From IMG/VR virus record IMGVR_UViG_3300042563_002362: a stretch of DNA of 64,000 nt. One strand, given 5' to 3'. The stretch is from a virus (Duplodnaviria > Heunggongvirae > Uroviricota > Caudoviricetes). The position numbers and the translations under genes are program-made. The notes under the pieces were generated by a model. The model was not told the DNA's origin. It ran no database searches and worked only from the letters and a program-made list of their open reading frames with translations. Positions within the stretch are counted from its first letter, which is position 1, and the number at the start of each line of letters is the position of its first letter. Shown here one piece after another: positions 26,644 to 35,489 of the stretch.

Positions 26644-26960
26644 TGAAAATCAAATTCACAAGCGTCGATGTTACTCCGCAGCCGTCATTGCCCAAAAGAA
26701 AGTGGCTTGAGTATCGCGTGAACGGTGTTACGATTGGATGTGCAATGACATTCATGTGTAACGGACGTTTCAATGCAGGTCGCCTTGGCCGAACATTTGA
26801 TTGGAATCATACAGGTCTCGAGAAACTTCTGGGAACCGAAAAGTACAATGCAAACCGTGATCGTTTCATATCTCCACGCGCAGACTTGGTTTATGGGACT
26901 GGTGCCACAATTCCTCTGAAGCGTGTAAAGGAAATCTTTACCGCTGTCGCAACTGCTTAA
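26643..26960 (+). CDS. hypothetical protein
   Basis: 105-aa ORF with an ATGA overlap. Confidence 0.4.
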   Translation: MKIKFTSVDVTPQPSLPKRKWLEYRVNGVTIGCAMTFMCNGRFNAGRLGRTFDWNHTGLEKLLGTEKYNANRDRFISPRADLVYGTGATIPLKRVKEIFTAVATA

Positions 26961-26964
26961 TAAG

Positions 26965-27270
26965 ATGAAAGTTTTTCTCGATGACGAAAGAGTCACTCCG
27001 CAAGGATGGTTCCGAACATACAATCCCGACGACACGATTGATTTGCTGCACGCTGGTCTGGTGACTGAGCTTAGCCTCGATCATGACCTTGGTGATGACG
27101 ACGAAATCGGAACTGGATATGACGTGGTTCTTTGGATTGAGGAAGCCGTTGCTTTGCGAGGCTTTGTTCCTCCAATCATTCACGTTCACTCCGCAAACTC
27201 TTCGGCCGCCGCAAAGATGCGTGCTGGAATCGAAACAATCCAAAGACTACACAATGCACTCTCCGTATAA
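26965..27270 (+). CDS. small receiver(REC)-like domain protein, RtcB-associated
   Basis: It begins MKVFLDDERVTPQGW and has an acidic loop LSLDHDLGDDDEIGTGYDVVLWIEE. It is 101 aa and lies just upstream of rtcB. It resembles the receiver-like modules I recall as being linked to RtcB operons, but I cannot verify this. Confidence 0.3.
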   Translation: MKVFLDDERVTPQGWFRTYNPDDTIDLLHAGLVTELSLDHDLGDDDEIGTGYDVVLWIEEAVALRGFVPPIIHVHSANSSAAAKMRAGIETIQRLHNALSV

Positions 27271-27439
27271 TCATAACAAAAGAATCTGTGAAAAGCGTAG
27301 TCGCGCATTTTCTAATGCAATGCGTCATCCAGTGCGCTCACGTAAATGGAATAAGTGGATGAATCGGTGGGTTAAACTTGCGACTCAACTCGTCGACTCG
27401 AAACTATCTGAACTCTCGTAAATCTTTAAATAATCCATA

Positions 27440-28675
27440 GTGATATTGCCTGTGGAAATTATTTATAAAAATGACAATCTTATGAAACTATTAGGTTCAA
27501 ACAACAATATTCCGGTTTTCGGCGATCCTCTCCAGAATGCCGTTGATCAGATGTCGAACTGTCTCGTCAAGGGTGGCTACAAGGCTGCACTTATGGCTGA
27601 CCATCACCTTGGTTATGCTGTTCCTGTCGGCGGCGTAATTGCTTACAAGGACAAGATCTCGCCTTCAGGTGTAGGCTTCGACATCGGCTGCGGAAACAAG
27701 GCTGTGATGACTGACCTGCACTATGGAGATATCGCGGGTGATATGAACCGTATCATGGACGAAGTGTTTGATCGCATCTCGTTTGGAATCGGCCGCAAGA
27801 ACAAGACTGATGTTGACCATGCGTTGTTTGACAACGATGCTTGGACTGACATCGCTATGCTCGGCGAGCTGAAGGACATGGCGCGCGGACAGCTTGGTAC
27901 TGTCGGCAGCGGTAACCACTATGTCGATATCTTCTATGATCAAAAGGGTCGCGTTTGGATCGGAGTTCACTTTGGTTCACGTGGTCTTGGTCACAAGATT
28001 GCTTCGCATTACATCAAGGCCGGCGGCGGTGTTGACGGTATTAACGTCGATCCTGCTATCTTGGATGTGAATACTGACCTTGGTCGCGAATACATCGCTG
28101 CTATGAACCTCGCTGGTGAATATGCGTATGCTGGTCGCGATTGGGTCTGTGAAGAAGTTGCTCGTATCCTTGGTGCGTCTATCCTTGACAGCGTTCACAA
28201 CCACCATAACTTCGCTTGGAATGAAACTCATGACGGTGAAGACCTTTGGGTTGTTCGCAAGGGTGCTACTCCTGCTTTCCCAGGTCAACGTGGTTTTGTC
28301 GGTGGAACTATGGGTGAAAACTCAGTGATCCTCGAAGGCGTCGCGTCGGACCTTTCTTCCTCTACTCTGTATTCAACTGTTCACGGTGCAGGCCGAGTCA
28401 TGTCGCGCACCGAAGCTGCTGGTAAGTCCAAGTGGAAGGGTGGAAAGAAGATCAAGATTTCGGAAGGCAAGGTCTCGCAGGCCATGATGGACGAATGGGT
28501 TAACAAGGCTGGCGTTGTTCTTCGCGGCGCAGGCGTCGATGAATCTCCACATGCTTACAAGCGTTTGGCTGATGTCCTTGAAGCTCAGGGCGACACTGTT
28601 CGTATTCTCGACGTTCTTACTCCAATCGGAGTTGCGATGGCAGGTGCTGATGTATTTGATCCTTACGCCGATTGA
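27440..28675 (+). CDS. rtcB: RtcB-family RNA 3'-phosphate/2',3'-cyclic phosphate ligase
   Basis: 411 aa (or 397 aa from the ATG at 27482). It has GFDIGCGN, GSGNHYVDIF and HNHHNFAW blocks, with length typical of RtcB. Confidence 0.65.
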   Translation: MILPVEIIYKNDNLMKLLGSNNNIPVFGDPLQNAVDQMSNCLVKGGYKAALMADHHLGYAVPVGGVIAYKDKISPSGVGFDIGCGNKAVMTDLHYGDIAGDMNRIMDEVFDRISFGIGRKNKTDVDHALFDNDAWTDIAMLGELKDMARGQLGTVGSGNHYVDIFYDQKGRVWIGVHFGSRGLGHKIASHYIKAGGGVDGINVDPAILDVNTDLGREYIAAMNLAGEYAYAGRDWVCEEVARILGASILDSVHNHHNFAWNETHDGEDLWVVRKGATPAFPGQRGFVGGTMGENSVILEGVASDLSSSTLYSTVHGAGRVMSRTEAAGKSKWKGGKKIKISEGKVSQAMMDEWVNKAGVVLRGAGVDESPHAYKRLADVLEAQGDTVRILDVLTPIGVAMAGADVFDPYAD

Positions 28676-29502
28676 ATGATACGTTTCCAATCAGATTCTT
28701 CACCATCTTTGATTCTGAAGAATCTGCATTGTAATTCTTCAATTATTCTATCCTGACGCAGCTTATCTTTAAGTTTTTGATCTGGTCTTTCGTGATAAGC
28801 TTCATCAAACTCAATTACCACATTTTCAACCGGTTCATAATAATCAAGAAGATATCCAGCAACTCTAAATTCACCAACATTTTCAGCATGAACTCCGTTC
28901 CATCCAAGCTCTGAATTTATTTCCTCAAATAATCGACAAGCCTTTGCATTATAATTTGGACATGTCCAGCCTAAAGGATACTTTGAATCAATATCTCGTA
29001 AACGTCCATCTCTCTGTTTTTCTTTAGTCTCTGGTGTATGAATTTTTCCAGTAAATCCAGGCTTTCTCCCTTTAAGACTTTGAGATTTACGTTTTCTAGT
29101 TTCAGGACTTTCAGTAATGCCTAATCGTGACTTGTTGTATTCTTTTCCTTTATTTGCTTTACTGATTTTCTCTTTGGTTTCTTTAGTATGTGTTCGACTA
29201 AAAGCATGACTTCGATCAGTACACTTATAACACGTGGTTGCCTTTAATGCTCGATAGTAACATCCAATTCCAGTATGAATGACAATTTCGCCGCATTGAC
29301 ACGTTCTAGTGTATTCTGTTAATTGAGCTAGTGGATCTTTATCATATGTTCTTTCAACTGCACATGAATCTCTTATTTCTTTGTCCATTAAAAACTTTAC
29401 ATTGTGTTTCTTCTTATACTCATTTGGAGAAAGACCGCAGCAATACTTAAGATGTAAATAACCAATACTTTTTAATTCTCTTTGACACTCTAAGCAAATC
29501 AT
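28663..29502 (-). CDS. free-standing homing-endonuclease-like protein (Cys-rich HNH/Zn-finger plus NUMOD3-like basic repeats)
   Basis: It has N-terminal CLECQ...HLKYCCG and CQCGE...CYKC clusters. The C-terminal region has repeated ETKEK/ETRKRKS/GRKPGF motifs. It is on the opposite strand and overlaps the rtcB 3' end by 13 nt. Confidence 0.4.
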   Translation of the reverse strand: MICLECQRELKSIGYLHLKYCCGLSPNEYKKKHNVKFLMDKEIRDSCAVERTYDKDPLAQLTEYTRTCQCGEIVIHTGIGCYYRALKATTCYKCTDRSHAFSRTHTKETKEKISKANKGKEYNKSRLGITESPETRKRKSQSLKGRKPGFTGKIHTPETKEKQRDGRLRDIDSKYPLGWTCPNYNAKACRLFEEINSELGWNGVHAENVGEFRVAGYLLDYYEPVENVVIEFDEAYHERPDQKLKDKLRQDRIIEELQCRFFRIKDGEESDWKRIIQSA

Positions 29503-29552
29503 AAATCTATTTATAAAATGTATGGGTTCAAAACATACATTATGCCATTAAA

Positions 29553-30536
29553 ATGAAATTCGGAAAAATTCCAAAGAAGCTTAAGTTCTATTGTAGACCT
29601 GAGACCAAGATTCGATTCAGGTGGTCTGATGTTGAATTTGAAGATCCATCTGCCGCAGACGTATCGGCGATCCCAGTGTTTATCACTGACGCCGAAAATC
29701 TAAAGACCCAAAAGACTGCGGTTGATTGGGCAGGACGTGCACAATGGCATTGGGACCCTGTCACTGGAAAAAGAGTCGATGTCAGCAAGCCTTACACGAT
29801 CGTTGAAGCTGATAACTTGCCAGTGAAGAGTGTGCGGATTATTGGTCTTGACATTCGAGGAAATGGTGGTCGTGCATACCAAGCATTGGTTGATGAAAAG
29901 TATCTTGTTGATATGCGTGAAGACGTTATGCTTGATACGATGATCAATGTCGGCATGGGACTTAATGCAACATTACCAGGCGAATACATCTTTGCACAAA
30001 TTGGAGCAGAAATGAAGCTGATTCGCGTAGGTAGCAAGCTGCATGAACTGATGATTGAGACAACTTCATTTGGTGAAAAGAAGGCAATCTCGAAGTTGAT
30101 TCCAGGCCGCGTTTATGCTTCAAAGTCCAAGAAAGTATTGTACCTTGGTGAAGTATGGCATACGCCAATTGAACAAAACTACAATTATCGTAATGGCAAA
30201 TATGATGTGGCCGTGGTTAAACCGAGTCGCAAGCGTCATCTATGTATCGGCATCAATACTACATCTTCGGACCTCAAAACCACTCTTGGTGAAGATACTA
30301 AGTTTTTCACGGTAAATGTTGAATTCACTGAAAAGCAAAGTAAAGCATTCCGCGAAGAACTTGTGGAGATTGAAAACTTTGACATTGAAGAAGCATTGAC
30401 TGAGATTCGTCGCAGAATCGAAGTATGCTATGATGAAGAGATGAGGGGATGGGATCTTGCATATTACTCCAGCATGAACATCTCTGCAACAACTCCTGGG
30501 TGGATTCACCCGAAAATTGCCGAAAGACTAAAATAA
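29553..30536 (+). CDS. hypothetical protein
   Basis: 327-aa ORF. Confidence 0.5.
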   Translation: MKFGKIPKKLKFYCRPETKIRFRWSDVEFEDPSAADVSAIPVFITDAENLKTQKTAVDWAGRAQWHWDPVTGKRVDVSKPYTIVEADNLPVKSVRIIGLDIRGNGGRAYQALVDEKYLVDMREDVMLDTMINVGMGLNATLPGEYIFAQIGAEMKLIRVGSKLHELMIETTSFGEKKAISKLIPGRVYASKSKKVLYLGEVWHTPIEQNYNYRNGKYDVAVVKPSRKRHLCIGINTTSSDLKTTLGEDTKFFTVNVEFTEKQSKAFREELVEIENFDIEEALTEIRRRIEVCYDEEMRGWDLAYYSSMNISATTPGWIHPKIAERLK

Positions 30537-31363
30537 TGAAACCGCAATGGATCATAGAAAACTTCACAAAGGAAGAATCGTTTCTTGACCTTGAAAAAGA
30601 AGTCAGAGCCCAGGGCTATGACGTTCAAACTATCAAAGGTGACTTTCTTAAAGCTGATCTGGCTGATTATCGCGACACATGCGTAATCTTTAATGGCAGC
30701 ATTGAGATGTGCAAGATTGCAAAAGAAGTACTCAGCGCTCAAGGATGCAGTCCAATCATCTATTGTGATTGGGAAAAGTATCTGTGCACCTCTTACTATC
30801 CGCATTTCTCAGAGCACGTCTTCAATGACAACTATGTCTTAGTGCCGATGATTGAGTTTCAGCGTAGGCTGTATCAATTCTATGGCATCTTTGGTAAGCA
30901 AGAGCTGATCTTTGTTCGACCAAACAACGGAGACAAAACCTTTAAAGCTGAACTGCTTGACATTCAAGATGCACCGAAGTTCTTTGAAGAATTAGACCAA
31001 TACAAACATGACTTGGTCCTGCTAAGTACTCCAAAGAACATTGTCGGAGAATGGCGTTTTGTATGTACGGCCGAAAAGGAAATCCTAGCAGTATCAAGCT
31101 ATCGCTATCAAGGAGTACTTACGCGTATTCCGTCTGCTCCACTTGGCGCCACCGAAAAATGTAAAGAGCTTCTTGAGATCGGATATTACCCTGACAGCGT
31201 TTTTTGCATTGATATTGTGCAGGACTCTGACGGAAACTTCTGGATGATGGAACTCACCTCTTTTTCAAGCGCAGGTCTTTACTCCACTAGGAAAGAAAAC
31301 ATTGTCCGCCGCGTTTCTGAAATTGCTATGAAAGATTATGAAAAAAGTAATTTACAAAGCTGA
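30536..31363 (+). CDS. ATP-grasp-fold protein (putative ligase)
   Basis: The track ORF is 30449..31363 and the Met at 30536 abuts the upstream stop. The blocks IFVRPNNGDKTFKAELL, EWRFVCTAEKEILAVSS and FCIDIVQDSDGNFWMMELTS match ATP-grasp core strands (RimK/GshB-like). Confidence 0.4.
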   Translation: MKPQWIIENFTKEESFLDLEKEVRAQGYDVQTIKGDFLKADLADYRDTCVIFNGSIEMCKIAKEVLSAQGCSPIIYCDWEKYLCTSYYPHFSEHVFNDNYVLVPMIEFQRRLYQFYGIFGKQELIFVRPNNGDKTFKAELLDIQDAPKFFEELDQYKHDLVLLSTPKNIVGEWRFVCTAEKEILAVSSYRYQGVLTRIPSAPLGATEKCKELLEIGYYPDSVFCIDIVQDSDGNFWMMELTSFSSAGLYSTRKENIVRRVSEIAMKDYEKSNLQS

Positions 31364-31400
31364 CCAAACCGTTTATAATAATCTCACAACAAACAACAAC

Positions 31401-32672
31401 ATGATTAAGAAAACACTACTACTGCTTGCGGTATTTGCCGGTTCCACTCTTGCATTCAATGCTTTTGACGGATCGGGCGCTTCAACATTGGTCGCAAATA
31501 AACTTGCGCTCGATACTGTGAATGGCGGAAACGCTGAGTTCATTGCTCAATATTCATATGGACATCTGCTATCTCTGAATGTATGGGCCGTTATGACTAC
31601 ACTTCTAACTGCATTGGTGATGTGGTCTCGTTCGGTAAACAAGGTCTCGGCTGCTGCTATGCTGCTTGCAGGTTTCTCGTTCCTGTCGCTGCCATCGTGT
31701 AAGCCGTATCAAAAGCCTATCTATAAGGAAATCAAAAGCAATGAAACTGCGTTTGTGATTCCCCTTGAAGGTGACACTGCATCGCAGGTAAAGTTCGACT
31801 CCAAGGCTGCACTTGAAAAGCACAAGGTTGGCACAAAGCGAATTGAGATTCCGACGCGATGGAGTCAAACTGGTCGAGGTATGGGTTCCGGTGAATGGAT
31901 TCCAACTGTGAATATCATCATTGTTGATCGTAGTCCAATTACTCGAAATTGGTCCGCAGGTGATCGAGGAACGTCTAAGGAAGATCAGGCTATCTGGGTT
32001 GAATCATCGGACAGTGTCGGATTCTCTATGGGCTTTAACTGTACCGCTTTCATTAAAGAAGAAGATACTGCACAGTTCCTCTATTGGTACAGCAGCGGTA
32101 GCCTTGCATCCGTAATGGATAGTGAAATTCGAGGACGCGTCCAGCGTGTCGCTGCTGAAGAAAGCGCCAAGCTTCCGTTGGATGATCTACGTGATAAGAA
32201 GAATGAAATCGCGGCTGCAATCCAAAAGGATGTTATCCCATTCTTCTCTGAACGTGGAATCACGGTCACTACGGTTGGTATGTTTGGCGGTATGACTTAT
32301 GAAAATCCAGAGATTCAGAAGTCAATTGACAATGTCTTTGTTGCACAACAGCAGAAGAATGTTGCACTCGCAAAATATGATGCGCAAAAGAAGGAGAACG
32401 AACGCGTGATTCTTGAAGCACAAGGTGTCGCCGAACAAAAGACTATCACTGCTGAAGCTGATGCTAAGCAGCGTCAAATCCAAGCTGATGCCGAAGCACA
32501 TGCCATCGCTACGCTTACAAAGTCAATTGCTGATGGTGGAACTAACTACCTTAACTACAAGCAAATGGAAATCAATCTTAAGCAGGCTGAACGCTGGGAT
32601 GGTTCGCTGCCAAAGATCACTGGTGGATCTGTTGTTCCAATGCTTAACGCTGAAACATTCCTTAATAAGTAA
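31401..32672 (+). CDS. SPFH/band-7-like membrane protein
   Basis: It has a signal/TM N-terminus MIKKTLLLLAVFAGSTLA. The C-terminus has an AEQK/AEADAKQRQIQADAEAHA coiled-coil typical of HflK/C-stomatin. Confidence 0.4.
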   Translation: MIKKTLLLLAVFAGSTLAFNAFDGSGASTLVANKLALDTVNGGNAEFIAQYSYGHLLSLNVWAVMTTLLTALVMWSRSVNKVSAAAMLLAGFSFLSLPSCKPYQKPIYKEIKSNETAFVIPLEGDTASQVKFDSKAALEKHKVGTKRIEIPTRWSQTGRGMGSGEWIPTVNIIIVDRSPITRNWSAGDRGTSKEDQAIWVESSDSVGFSMGFNCTAFIKEEDTAQFLYWYSSGSLASVMDSEIRGRVQRVAAEESAKLPLDDLRDKKNEIAAAIQKDVIPFFSERGITVTTVGMFGGMTYENPEIQKSIDNVFVAQQQKNVALAKYDAQKKENERVILEAQGVAEQKTITAEADAKQRQIQADAEAHAIATLTKSIADGGTNYLNYKQMEINLKQAERWDGSLPKITGGSVVPMLNAETFLNK

Positions 32673-32677
32673 TACAC

Positions 32678-32947
32678 ATGGCTGCAGAAATTGTAACTAC
32701 ATATTACCTAGCTGGAATTATCAATCGTCCAATCGGTGGATCTGATGATGAACTAACGTCGAAATACACTAAGATTCCAAACACTCCTGACTTCACCACA
32801 CAAGCTGCGGCCGAGACGTTTCGAGACGATGTAATTTTGGCGAACGATGAAAACAAGAAATTCTATCGTTGTGCTAGTGTTGGAGGCGCATTTAGTCCAA
32901 ATCACATTAAGGTAATCACGCAAACCCGAACAGTAATTCTAGCATGA
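32678..32947 (+). CDS. hypothetical protein
   Basis: 89-aa ORF. Confidence 0.35.
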   Translation: MAAEIVTTYYLAGIINRPIGGSDDELTSKYTKIPNTPDFTTQAAAETFRDDVILANDENKKFYRCASVGGAFSPNHIKVITQTRTVILA

Positions 32948-33414
32948 AAATAGTCAAAGGCGATCTTGTCAAAGCAATCCGTGAAGGCGCAGATGGAGGA
33001 CCGCAGGTTATGCTGCATGTCTGCAATAACAAAGGTGTCATGGGCAGCGGTATCGCGCTGCAAGTGAAGAATCAAATTCCTGACGCATATCGTGCATATA
33101 AGGACTTTGAGGCTGCAGTTGGTGGTATCCCATTGGGTACAATCAGTACTTGCCACAACGTGATTAACCTTCATGCGCAGAACGGATATGGACAAGGTTT
33201 TCGCCATCTTGACTATGAAGAATTGTACAAGTCGCTTGAGAAGGCAGCAGCATATCTTGAGCGTTCGGGTGTCGAGCGCGTCGGAGTTCCATACCGCATG
33301 GGCTCCGATCGCGCAGGCGGCGATTGGCGAATCGTAAGTGCAATGCTTGAAACAGTCTTTACATACGGCAACAATCCACACATCACTCTATACGTTTATG
33401 AACTTGAAAACTAA
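32944..33414 (+). CDS. TARG1/OARD1-DarG-like macrodomain (ADP-ribosyl hydrolase)
   Basis: HVCNNKGVMGSGIALQVK aligns with TARG1 CxxxDxxMGAGIA. YRMGSDRAGGDWRIVSAMLETVF aligns with TARG1 [23 protein letters not shown]. Confidence 0.5.
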   Translation: MKIVKGDLVKAIREGADGGPQVMLHVCNNKGVMGSGIALQVKNQIPDAYRAYKDFEAAVGGIPLGTISTCHNVINLHAQNGYGQGFRHLDYEELYKSLEKAAAYLERSGVERVGVPYRMGSDRAGGDWRIVSAMLETVFTYGNNPHITLYVYELEN

Positions 33415-33604
33415 ATTGATTCGTATGCCTTGGCGTCGACCTAGTGATCTACATGCAAGCGGTTATGTGTCTGGAATCCTTTATAGGAAATGCTACCCTC
33501 ATGAAAATGTGGATAAAATCATAGCTGATTTTCAAAAGCTTGCAATTAGTGAAGGTCACAATAGAGAAATCTTAGATATTGAAGTTTATGAACTTGAAAA
33601 CTAA
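33397..33604 (+). CDS. small protein (69 aa) bounded by 21-bp direct repeats
   Basis: It reads MNLKTKLIRMPWRRPSD...DIEVYELEN. It starts and ends inside identical copies of GTTTATGAACTTGAAAACTAA. Confidence 0.3.
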
Positions 33605-34064
33605 TCCTGAATTTCTTCGGCTTGAAGCTGAAATGGAAAAGATCCAAAAGCAACTGCTTGAAGCAATTTGCGCTGATGAAAAGCTGTCAAAGTTGGATCG
33701 TTTGATGCTGATCGAAAACTATAAGCTGTTTGAGACGCATTCATGGATACAACATCCGTTGCGCGAAAAGTACATGGAACAACTGAAAGAAGCTGCAATC
33801 CGTGAAGGTGCAACATACTTCATTGATGACGATTGGCCATTCCTTGAAACCGATTATCGTAATCGCGGTGAATACATCTCGCTTCCAAACGAACTGCTAT
33901 GCGCAGCCGAAAACATTGATGATGAAGACTATGCTGACGGGTTTACGGTTCTTAGAGATCGAGGAACAGGCGTTGAGATTAAGATCAGTTATGAACAGCT
34001 TGAAAGCGATGTTTATGATTGGTGCTTAAAGAACAAGAAGATTGGATTTAACTTTGATTGGTAA
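33579..34064 (+). CDS. hypothetical protein
   Basis: 161-aa ORF. Confidence 0.4.
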   Translation: MKFMNLKTNPEFLRLEAEMEKIQKQLLEAICADEKLSKLDRLMLIENYKLFETHSWIQHPLREKYMEQLKEAAIREGATYFIDDDWPFLETDYRNRGEYISLPNELLCAAENIDDEDYADGFTVLRDRGTGVEIKISYEQLESDVYDWCLKNKKIGFNFDW

Positions 34065-34066
34065 TT

Positions 34067-34432
34067 ATGAAGCGGTATAGTTATGTAACTGATTGTGGAG
34101 TAGTTGAAGATCCAAATGGTGACTATGTTAAGTATGCCGATTATGAAGCTCTTTCAAAGTATGCTGACAGCCTGGTTGAGTTTTCGAAGATACCATGTCT
34201 TCCAGCTGATCTTAAAAACCTGCGTGAAGCTAATGGTCATTTCGCGCAAGAGAACAGTATCTTACAGGGTAGGATTCGTGAACTTGAAGCAGAAATTCGG
34301 TCGCTGAAAGCATCTCAAAAGATTAATGAAAATGAAATTGTCGGCTGGAAAAACAAGTGGGACGCAGCAGTAACAATTGCTGCAATCGCAGAAAATAAAG
34401 TCGACGCAATTAAACGACAAATCTTTCAATAA
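34067..34432 (+). CDS. coiled-coil protein
   Basis: 122 aa. The C-terminal half is a heptad-rich coiled coil. Confidence 0.4.
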   Translation: MKRYSYVTDCGVVEDPNGDYVKYADYEALSKYADSLVEFSKIPCLPADLKNLREANGHFAQENSILQGRIRELEAEIRSLKASQKINENEIVGWKNKWDAAVTIAAIAENKVDAIKRQIFQ

Positions 34433-35043
34433 TGAGTAACACACAAACACAATATGACGGCTATAAGTACTGTTTCATTGACACCGAAACAACTGGTACC
34501 GATCGTCTAAGGAATCATATCTTTCAAATCAGCGGTCGTATCACGACTCCTGACCTTGAGGAACTAGAATCATTTAACTTAGTCTTCAGACCATACAGTC
34601 TTGAGCATGTTGAACAAGGCGCGCTTGAAAAGACGCGTATGACTGTCGAAGATTTGGCTTCATTCCCAATGTCTAGTTCGCAGGCTTACGCCGAATTTTC
34701 CGAAATCCTAGGAAGGCATGTTCAGAAGTTCAACAAGAAGGATAAGATGCACTTCGTTGCATACAATGCTGGATTTGATGTTGACTTTACGCGACAGTGG
34801 TTTACCGTAAATGGAGACTCATATTTCGGTAGCTGGTTCTGGAACCCGCCGATTTGTTGCATGCAAGCTGCCGCATGGCTGACACAACGTGTTCGAGGTG
34901 CTCTCCCGGACTTCAAACTGGGAACTGTCTGCCGAGCCGCAGAATTAGGATGGAATGAAGACTCTGCTCATAATGCCGATTATGACATTGAGAAAACGGT
35001 GCAGCTTTTCCGCTATTTGACGGAATATGCTCCGAAAATTTGA
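34432..35043 (+). CDS. DnaQ-like 3'-5' exonuclease (DEDDh)
   Basis: ExoI is CFIDTETTG and ExoIII is HNADYD (HxAxxD). Confidence 0.6.
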   Translation: MSNTQTQYDGYKYCFIDTETTGTDRLRNHIFQISGRITTPDLEELESFNLVFRPYSLEHVEQGALEKTRMTVEDLASFPMSSSQAYAEFSEILGRHVQKFNKKDKMHFVAYNAGFDVDFTRQWFTVNGDSYFGSWFWNPPICCMQAAAWLTQRVRGALPDFKLGTVCRAAELGWNEDSAHNADYDIEKTVQLFRYLTEYAPKI

Positions 35044-35120
35044 CTGAATACCCGTAACCTATTGAAATTCATAAATTTGCACAAAAGTGGGAACTTTTTT
35101 CACTTTTGTGCATTTTCTTG

Positions 35121-35176
35121 TTTACATTCCGCGAGTTTCCGTTTATAATAATTCTGTAAGGCAACCACTACAAAAT
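35121..35176 (+). promoter_or_regulatory. sigma70-type promoter cassette preceded by palindrome GCACAAAAGTG-N11-CACTTTTGTGC
   Basis: The -35 is at 35121-35126 and the -10 at 35144-35149. The leader is AATTCTGTAAGGCAACCACTACAAAAT, with ATG at 35177. Confidence 0.6.
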
Positions 35177-35458
35177 ATGAATACCACTAAAACTTCCGCT
35201 TTCTCCGCCACCACTCGCGCCGCTGACAAAGAATACATTGTCATTGGAATCAACAGTAAGGAACATTCCGTGTTGGCTCGCACTCCGTATGAAGCCCTTG
35301 GAATCTTCCTCAAGCGCGGCCGCCACGGTCTTGGCACCAATTGGAGACTGACTCGCCAACCAGACGGTTGGATCGTGGCTGTCAATACCACAGGCCGCAA
35401 TCTTGAGCGCAAAATGCACAAACTCCGCGAGAAAAACTACACTCGCGGAATGCGCTAA
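35177..35458 (+). CDS. hypothetical protein (93 aa)
   Basis: The track ORF 35087..35458 includes the promoter. The start is at the leader end. Confidence 0.45.
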   Translation: MNTTKTSAFSATTRAADKEYIVIGINSKEHSVLARTPYEALGIFLKRGRHGLGTNWRLTRQPDGWIVAVNTTGRNLERKMHKLREKNYTRGMR

Positions 35459-35489
35459 TCGGCTCTGAAACTCAACAAGCGTCTCATCT

